IMG/VR virus record: IMGVR_UViG_3300027125_000001
Source of the DNA: a virus
Taxonomy: Duplodnaviria; Heunggongvirae; Uroviricota; Caudoviricetes
Reading direction: 5' to 3' (one strand)
DNA: 64,000 nucleotides
Shown: positions 58,412 through 64,000 of the stretch, one piece after another
Layout of the letters: every line of letters starts with the position of its first letter
Position numbering within the stretch: position 1 is the stretch's first letter
Program-made: the position numbers and the translations under genes
The notes under the pieces: model-generated
Seen by the model: only the letters and a program-made list of their open reading frames with translations
What the model was told of the DNA's origin: nothing
Database searches by the model: none

Positions 58412-58445
58412 TTGAATCTATACACACCATCATTGATAATAATAT

Positions 58446-58952
58446 ATGCAAGCAACCACAATCAAGAGACCAAAGTTCAGCGAAGATCAAATTGATTATA
58501 CTGCCCCTGATGTTCAGAGGCTCATTGGTAGGTATTGTGATTGGCTAGATGCTTGCAATGAAGGTTCTTCTGATGAAGAATGCATCTCTGATATAAAAAA
58601 GGTTTTCGGAAGGATCTCAAGATATGGGGTATTTACTGATGATGGCTTCAGTCTGGCTAAGTACATGGAAGACCATCTATATTTAACAGGAGATTCTAAT
58701 CTAGTAGAAATCCTCGATGATGCACCAGATATTGCACGGTCACATCATCGGGCTGCTGTTCTCAAGTGGACCACTGAAAACAATTTAATCATACCGGAAA
58801 ATATTGTAGGAAGTAAGTGCATTACCAGTGGAACATATAAGGGGATGTATGTAGTAGGGATCAGGGGTGATGAATATAAGGTAGTGTTGAACGAAAACCA
58901 AAATAAATCCGGGGGATACATTGTTGAATTTGAAAGCATCCAGTTTGAGTAA
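58446..58952 (+). CDS. hypothetical protein
   Basis: 168-aa ORF. Confidence 0.45.
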   Translation: MQATTIKRPKFSEDQIDYTAPDVQRLIGRYCDWLDACNEGSSDEECISDIKKVFGRISRYGVFTDDGFSLAKYMEDHLYLTGDSNLVEILDDAPDIARSHHRAAVLKWTTENNLIIPENIVGSKCITSGTYKGMYVVGIRGDEYKVVLNENQNKSGGYIVEFESIQFE

Positions 58953-58970
58953 TCTTTAGAAAAAATTTAT

Positions 58971-59253
58971 GGGGGTGTAGCTTAAGGGTCAAAGCAGCCG
59001 ACTTTAACGGGTCTTCTTATTAGAAATAGTAAGTTAGCAGAACTTAAATTCAGGGAACGCTTAACGGATAATGCCGATGCCAATCCTGAGCGAAGCCTCG
59101 AAAGAGGAACGTGCAGAGACTATAATAGTTCAATCTTACCGAGTCATGTCGAAGATTAAGGGATAGTCCAGACCACAAACTATACAGGCGGCGAAAGCCG
59201 TAGTGGTAAGCATAATCGGTTGATTGTGGGTTCGAATCCCTCCGCCCCTACCA
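58971..59253 (+). tRNA. tRNA (anticodon CAU after splicing) interrupted by a group I intron in the anticodon loop
   Basis: 5' exon GGGGGTG-TA-GCTT-AAGGGTCA-AAGC-A-GCCGA-CT; 3' exon CATAA-TCGGT-TGATT-GTGGG-TTCGAAT-CCCTC-CGCCCCT-A-CCA; the two exons give a complete 76-nt cloverleaf. Confidence 0.65.
59004..59210 (+). ncRNA. group I self-splicing intron (~207 nt)
   Basis: Exon ends in U, intron ends in G; candidate P1 GACU/GGUC; R-like CAGAGACTATAA and S-like GATAGTCC elements able to form P7 (GACUA/UAGUC); two GAAA-tetraloop hairpins; no ORF. Confidence 0.6.
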
Positions 59254-59327
59254 TATCACTAACATAAGCAGTTGAGTAAACAAACACCACGTTGTATAGT
59301 TATTAACAACCAAAGCATATAATAACT

Positions 59328-59846
59328 ATGATCGATCTGCGTAAGAACACTAAGGTGTCTATGAATAGGCAACCTTTGAAATCTTCTTCTATCTTTGCCT
59401 GTAGAGGTACTAATGTTAAATGGCCAACAATTCGCAAGGCATATCTTAATGATGCGAATGTAGATGCACTGAAAGAACATGCTACCACCAAAGGAAGATC
59501 TATTGTCTTTCTCGACGGCGAGTATATCACGAAGCTTAATAGATATGTAGGCAAGGCCCCGGAAGAAAGAGCAGTGTTCTTCGAATACATGGTTAGTGAC
59601 AAGAATGTGAAAGGAGCGATATTTCTTCTCTGCTGGATTGGTAATTTCCATAATGGTTCAATAGCACACTTTGCGCCTCAATATCCTCAAATGAATTGTT
59701 GGATCGAGACAATGGGATTCGAAGCAGCGACCGCCTTTTTCGAAAAGAAAGCATTTGAATTATACAAAATCATTGTGAGTATTCTTCACGAAGGCAAACC
59801 AATCATCGACGACGAAGTTCGCAAATTTATTTTAGCAAATCAGTAA
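59328..59846 (+). CDS. hypothetical protein
   Basis: 172-aa ORF. Confidence 0.45.
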   Translation: MIDLRKNTKVSMNRQPLKSSSIFACRGTNVKWPTIRKAYLNDANVDALKEHATTKGRSIVFLDGEYITKLNRYVGKAPEERAVFFEYMVSDKNVKGAIFLLCWIGNFHNGSIAHFAPQYPQMNCWIETMGFEAATAFFEKKAFELYKIIVSILHEGKPIIDDEVRKFILANQ

Positions 59847-59908
59847 CACATATCGGTTGATCGAACAAACACCAAGTGGTATAGTTATAAACACCAACGC
59901 ACTTAATT

Positions 59909-60766
59909 ATGAATCTTATCTCAATCGAGCCAATCATCGAAGCAGTTAATAAAGTCACCAAAATCAAAGGCATTGACAATGAAGTGATCACTCAATGGCT
60001 GGTCAAGGCGGAGAAGCGCTTCTTCGAAAGTTCCGGCGAAATGTGCCGACATGAATTGCAAAACATTGTACGTAAATACAATCCAGCGAAAGGCGACGAG
60101 GATTGGAAAAAGAATGCTTATGTCGTGGTATATGATAATGGTCGCATTGATTTCCTTCTTCATGTGTGCGACTTCCTCTTGACCAAAGATGAAAAATATT
60201 TGTCGAAGCTCTACAAGAAGACTCCAGAAGATATCTACTGCAATGAGATTGAAGTCTGGGACGAGCAGATGGCTAACTCCGGGGCGTCTGTCGATAAGAA
60301 TCAATTGGTCGAGGGTGTCGACTATAAGGTGATCCATGTGTTTGAAAACGGACATAAGATCATCGGTGCTCTTACCGCAAAGGTGTGTCAATATGAGGGA
60401 GAGTCAATGGGCCACTGTGCGAAAAATGAATCGTACAAAGTCAAGCCAACTTCAATCATCAGCCTATGGGATCGAGGTAATAATCCTCACGTTACTATGG
60501 AACTCTCCCCACCATCCTCAAAGACCATTGTGCAAATCAAAGGCAAACAAAACCGGGCGCCAGTTGAAAAGTATAAACAATATATCGTTGACTTCATCCA
60601 GAGCGAGAAATATAAGGTCACCCGTGATGGGGAGAACCTTGGAATGGTTTCTTTTGATAATGTGTACTACTTTAAAAATTCCGAAGAATTTGCGAAGGTT
60701 TACGAGACTGAAATTATTCCTCGCCAAAATGAGGCATTCGAGAAAATCAAAAAAATGATCAAGTAA
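59909..60766 (+). CDS. hypothetical protein
   Basis: 285-aa ORF. Confidence 0.45.
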   Translation: MNLISIEPIIEAVNKVTKIKGIDNEVITQWLVKAEKRFFESSGEMCRHELQNIVRKYNPAKGDEDWKKNAYVVVYDNGRIDFLLHVCDFLLTKDEKYLSKLYKKTPEDIYCNEIEVWDEQMANSGASVDKNQLVEGVDYKVIHVFENGHKIIGALTAKVCQYEGESMGHCAKNESYKVKPTSIISLWDRGNNPHVTMELSPPSSKTIVQIKGKQNRAPVEKYKQYIVDFIQSEKYKVTRDGENLGMVSFDNVYYFKNSEEFAKVYETEIIPRQNEAFEKIKKMIK

Positions 60767-60771
60767 GAAGT

Positions 60772-60975
60772 ATGGAGTCCAGCACTTTAGACAGTAAATT
60801 TAAAAAGAACCATTTTTTCCATTTGATCGAACGGATGGTTGCCGTTTATGTCGAAAAGAATGAAAAAGAATATGGTGCAGAGTATTGGGATAAATTTCAA
60901 GATGGGGTAGATGCCGCGGAAGACTTTATTGTCTTTTGGGAAAAGCCCAAGCAACACAATGAAGACAAATTGTAA
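60772..60975 (+). CDS. hypothetical small protein
   Basis: 67-aa ORF. Confidence 0.35.
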   Translation: MESSTLDSKFKKNHFFHLIERMVAVYVEKNEKEYGAEYWDKFQDGVDAAEDFIVFWEKPKQHNEDKL

Positions 60976-61246
60976 GAACTACGTAGAAGATCCATTCATT
61001 TGTGATTCGATGGGCGAACCAAAAGGTCAGTGTAGCAATTGTGGGTATAAGTGGTACGACCACGATCCAGCCGTTATTCCACCCGAACCAACTGCACACG
61101 AATACGTATTAGCAAAAGCAGTAGACTATTTAGCACAGAGCAAAAGACCAAAGGAGAATTGGCCTCAGTTCCTAAACTTAGTCAAAAGTACTAATATCTT
61201 TCGAGAGTCACAAATCAAACGATGGAATGACGAATATAACGCTTGA
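60958..61246 (+). CDS. hypothetical Cys-containing protein
   Basis: Listed ORF 60911..61246 trimmed to ATG 60958; CSNCGYKWYDHD segment. Confidence 0.3.
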
Positions 61247-61276
61247 TGAATAGAGAGCACTGATTTATAATATACT

Positions 61277-61906
61277 ATGGAGAAGGTTATTAACGGCAAT
61301 GTAATTCTTGATGAATTGGTTCTTTTTAAATTGCCGGAATTTCTCAATGGTGCTGTAGTCAATGGGATGTTTTCATGTATAGAAAATTATCTTTATACAT
61401 TAGAGAATAGCCCAAGAGTAGTACAAACATTTGATTGTTATTCAAATAGGCTTAAATCATTAAAAGGAGGCCCCGAGAAAGTAAAAGGATCCTTTGACTG
61501 CTCTTGCAACTCTCTCACTACTCTAGAAGGAGGTCCAATAGAAGTAGGGACAGATTACGATTGTGGTATTAACTCACTCGTGTCATTAGAAGGAGCCCCC
61601 GATGAAGTAGATGGGATTTTCTATTGCAATGATAATAAACTTTCTACACTAGAGGGAGCTCCTAAGAGAGTAGGTGGGGATTTCTATTGCTATAACAACA
61701 ATCTCACCTCTTTGAAAGGTGCACCGAGAATAGTAAAATATTCATTTTCATGCATTGACAATCCTCTGGTTTCATTAGAGGGCATACCATCAGAAATTGG
61801 CGAAGATTTTTATATTCCTTTGAAATTGAAAGAATTTTTCCCAGAAACAGAAATTAGGAAACGGTCGAAAATCCGAGGGTTTGTTAAATATATTAAGGAC
61901 CGGTAA
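61277..61906 (+). CDS. paralog 1 of a tandem repeat-protein family (21-aa Cys-containing repeats)
   Basis: About seven units of a 21-aa repeat (e.g. CYNNNLTSLKGAPRIVKYSF); conserved C-terminal block EFFPETEIRKRSKIRG. Confidence 0.5.
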   Translation: MEKVINGNVILDELVLFKLPEFLNGAVVNGMFSCIENYLYTLENSPRVVQTFDCYSNRLKSLKGGPEKVKGSFDCSCNSLTTLEGGPIEVGTDYDCGINSLVSLEGAPDEVDGIFYCNDNKLSTLEGAPKRVGGDFYCYNNNLTSLKGAPRIVKYSFSCIDNPLVSLEGIPSEIGEDFYIPLKLKEFFPETEIRKRSKIRGFVKYIKDR

Positions 61907-61921
61907 TCCGAATATTTTTAT

Positions 61922-62422
61922 ATGTCGAAAGAAATTCATGGAAGTGTTAATGTTAGTAAATTATACATCACTAAAATACCAGACTTCATGAAAGAGGTTA
62001 TGGTTGTACATGGCATGTTCCATTGCGCTTTCAACTTCCTATCCTCTCTAGAAGGTGCTCCAGAGAAAGTAGGTCGTGGTTTCTATTGCTACAACAACTC
62101 CCTCACATCCTTAGAAGGAGCCCCAGAGAAAGTAGGTGGAAATTACAACTGTACATATAACAGTCTCAAGACCCTAAATGGAGCTCCAGCCAAAGTATAT
62201 GGATATTTTGATTGCTCTTATAACTCTCTCACTTCCTTAGAAGGTGCTCCAGAGGAAGTAGGAGGAAATTTCAGTTGTATTTACAATCCTCTCATTTCAC
62301 TAGAAGGATTACCTAAAAAGATTGGTGAAGATCTTTATATCTCTTCTGCTAAAGGGATCTATTTCACGAAGGAGGAAATTAGAAAAGTGTCAAATATTAA
62401 AGGCAGAATCATCAATGTATAA
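61922..62422 (+). CDS. paralog 2 of the tandem repeat-protein family
   Basis: Five units (FYCYNNSLTSLEGAPEKVGGNYNC...); conserved C-terminal ...GIYFTKEEIRKVSNIKGRIINV. Confidence 0.5.
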   Translation: MSKEIHGSVNVSKLYITKIPDFMKEVMVVHGMFHCAFNFLSSLEGAPEKVGRGFYCYNNSLTSLEGAPEKVGGNYNCTYNSLKTLNGAPAKVYGYFDCSYNSLTSLEGAPEEVGGNFSCIYNPLISLEGLPKKIGEDLYISSAKGIYFTKEEIRKVSNIKGRIINV

Positions 62423-62457
62423 GTTGAGATCGACTACGCCCTAAGCTATAGTATTGT

Positions 62458-62835
62458 ATGATCAAAGTGATCCAAGGAGATGTCGATCTTAGTGATTTGT
62501 ACCTCGAGAAACTACCAGATTTCTTGGAAGATGTGATAGTGAAGGGTGATTTCTTTTGCGGCAACAACTCTCTCACATCCTTAGAAGGGGCTCCAAAGAA
62601 AGTAGGTGGTAATTTCTATTGCCCCTACAACTCTTTCACATCCTTAGAAGGAGCACCGGAGAAAGTAGGTGGTAATTTCTTTTGCCACGACAACAAACTT
62701 ACATCTTTAGAAGGTTTACCTAAAGAGATTGGTAGAATTCTTTGGATCTCTTTTGCAAAAGGGATCCATTTCACAGAAGAGGAAATCAGAAAAGTATCCA
62801 AGATCAAAGGGAGAGTTTATATCATTGAAGAATAA
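62458..62835 (+). CDS. paralog 3 of the tandem repeat-protein family
   Basis: Three to four units; N-terminal MIKVIQGDVDLSDLYLEKLPDFLEDVIVKG and C-terminal ...EEIRKVSKIKGRVYIIEE shared with paralogs 4 and 5. Confidence 0.55.
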   Translation: MIKVIQGDVDLSDLYLEKLPDFLEDVIVKGDFFCGNNSLTSLEGAPKKVGGNFYCPYNSFTSLEGAPEKVGGNFFCHDNKLTSLEGLPKEIGRILWISFAKGIHFTEEEIRKVSKIKGRVYIIEE

Positions 62836-62858
62836 GACGCCCTAATCTATAGTATTGT

Positions 62859-63485
62859 ATGATCAAAGTGATTCAAGAAAACGTCGATCTTAGTGCTTTG
62901 TACCTAGACCGATTGCCAGATTTCTTGGAAGATGTGATAGTGAAGGGTAATTTCCTTTGCTACAACAACTCCCTCACATCCTTGGAAGGGGCGCCAGAGA
63001 AAGTAGAAGGTCATTTCTCTTGCACCAACAACTCCCTCACTTCTCTGAAAGGGGCGCCAAAGGAAGTAGGACGTTATTTCCATTGCTACAACAACTCTCT
63101 GACTTCCCTGAAAGGAGCACCAGAGAAAGTAGGAGGCAGTTTCCATTGCTACAACAACTCTCTCACTTCCTTGGAAGGTGCTCCAGAGAAAGTAGAAGGC
63201 GATTTCTTTTGTGACCAAAACCCTCTCACTTCTCTAGAAGGGTCACCAATGGAAGTAGGTGGTGATTTCTATTGCTACAACAACTCTCTGGCTTCCCTGA
63301 AAGGTGCTCCAGAGAAAGTAGGCGGTGATTTCTCGTGCTACAACTCTCTCACTTCCTTAGAAGGCCTACCTAAAGAGATTGGTGGAAATCTTTGGATCTC
63401 TTTTGCAAAAGGAATCTATTTCACAGAAGAGGAAATTAGAAAAGTATCTAAGATCAAAGAGTATGTTTATATCCTTGAAGAATAA
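62859..63485 (+). CDS. paralog 4 of the tandem repeat-protein family
   Basis: Seven units of FxCYNNSLTSL(E/K)GAP(E/K)(K/E)V(G/E)Gx; N- and C-terminal blocks nearly identical to paralog 3 at the nucleotide level. Confidence 0.55.
   Translation: MIKVIQENVDLSALYLDRLPDFLEDVIVKGNFLCYNNSLTSLEGAPEKVEGHFSCTNNSLTSLKGAPKEVGRYFHCYNNSLTSLKGAPEKVGGSFHCYNNSLTSLEGAPEKVEGDFFCDQNPLTSLEGSPMEVGGDFYCYNNSLASLKGAPEKVGGDFSCYNSLTSLEGLPKEIGGNLWISFAKGIYFTEEEIRKVSKIKEYVYILEE
62944..63363 (+). repeat. in-frame tandem array of ~63-nt repeats inside paralog 4
   Basis: Units such as TTGCTACAACAACTC(C/T)CTCAC(A/T)TCC(T/C)T(G/A)GAAGG(G/A)GC(G/A)CCAGAGAAAGTAG(A/G)AGG... repeated about 6.5 times; similar arrays near 61430-61830, 62020-62340, 62550-62750 and 63600-63920. 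Confidence 0.6.
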
Positions 63486-63508
63486 GACGCCCTAAGCTAT
63501 AGTATTGT

Positions 63509-64000
63509 ATGCCAAAAGTGATTCAAGAAGATGTCGATCTTAGGAGTTTGCACCTAGACCGATTGCCAGATTTTCTCGAAGATGTGATAGTAAAGGGTGA
63601 GTTCTATTGCACCAACAACTCTCTCACATCTTTGGAAGGAGCACCAATGGAAGTGGGTGGGCATTTCTATTGCTCCAACAACTCCCTCACATCCTTGGAA
63701 GGAGCACCAAAGAAAGTAGGTGGGCATTTCTTTTGCTCCAACAACTCCCTCACATCTTTGGAAGGAGCACCAGAGAAAGTAGGTGGAAGTTTCTATTGCT
63801 ACAACAACTCTCTCACTTCCTTGGAAGGAGCTCCAAAGAAAGTAGGTCGTGATTTCTATTGCGACCATAACTCTCTCACTTCCTTAGAAGGCCTACCTAA
63901 AGAGATTGGTGGAAATCTTTGGATCTCTTTTGCAAAAGGAATCTATTTCACAGAAGAGGAAATTAGAAAAGTATCTAAGATCAAAGGGAAAGTTTATATC
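63509..64000 (+). CDS. paralog 5 of the tandem repeat-protein family (runs off the window end)
   Basis: ATG at 63509 preceded by the same conserved GACGCCCTAAGCTATAGTATTGTATG leader as paralogs 3 and 4; same repeat units; no stop before window end. Confidence 0.5.
   Translation, partial: MPKVIQEDVDLRSLHLDRLPDFLEDVIVKGEFYCTNNSLTSLEGAPMEVGGHFYCSNNSLTSLEGAPKKVGGHFFCSNNSLTSLEGAPEKVGGSFYCYNNSLTSLEGAPKKVGRDFYCDHNSLTSLEGLPKEIGGNLWISFAKGIYFTEEEIRKVSKIKGKVYI

Noticed and set aside
58971-59253. tmRNA (ssrA) candidate: a ~283-nt ORF-free RNA starting GGGGG and ending with a tRNA-like T-arm and CCA
   Set aside because: The 5' part has a proper D-stem (GCTT/AAGC). The insert is flanked by two complementary anticodon-stem strands (GCCGA/TCGGT) that complete a normal 76-nt tRNA. 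Group I core elements (GACTA/TAGTC, U/G splice boundaries) are present. No plausible short tag reading frame ending in a hydrophobic tail was found. The region is therefore called an intron-containing tRNA.
62900-63920. Regular ~63-nt direct repeats that could be mistaken for a CRISPR array
   Set aside because: The repeats are contiguous with no unique spacers, lie in frame inside long ORFs, and encode a 21-aa protein repeat. They are coding tandem repeats.

Overview
This AT-rich 64 kb window reads as part of a large tailed dsDNA bacteriophage genome. The host is probably Gram-negative, judging from signal-peptide, lipoprotein and outer-membrane beta-barrel genes. All calls come from reading the sequence and the supplied six-frame translations by eye; no searches or folding programs were run.

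Layout, left to right:
- 1-17.4 kb (+ strand): a virion structural / host-recognition module. It holds very large proteins of 1090, 2490, about 730 and 871 aa, one with a LamG/ConA-like lectin domain and one with an FN3-like C-terminus.
- 17.4-22.3 kb (+): auxiliary genes, including a glycosyltransferase-like protein and a PhoH ATPase.
- 22.3-33.4 kb (-): a nucleotide-metabolism block. It contains the ribonucleotide reductase small subunit and a large subunit (NrdA) split into two genes by a split intein, with a free-standing HNH endonuclease gene between the halves. A DEDDh exonuclease, an SDR sugar epimerase and a YkuD-like L,D-transpeptidase domain protein follow.
- 33.4-41.9 kb (-): an array of about 29 tRNA genes. 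Small ORFs, an Ail/Lom-like outer-membrane beta-barrel gene and an ATP-dependent DNA ligase are interspersed.
- 42-61 kb (mostly +): replication and auxiliary genes, including a macro-domain protein, a RecA-superfamily ATPase, an HNH endonuclease, ThyX, a metallophosphoesterase, an SPFH protein, a 3D-domain protein and a KxDG ligase with a tRNA-binding-like N-terminus. It also includes an HD-domain (p)ppGpp-hydrolase-like protein and two + strand tRNAs.
- 61.3-64 kb (+): five tandem paralogs built from 21-aa (63-nt) tandem repeats.

Most notable observations:
1. The fractured nrdA with a split intein and free-standing endonuclease.
2. One + strand tRNA (anticodon CAU) interrupted in the anticodon loop by a roughly 207-nt group I intron.
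3. Four tRNAs with leucine-type anticodons but short, class I variable arms, plus a class II tRNA carrying anticodon UAU.
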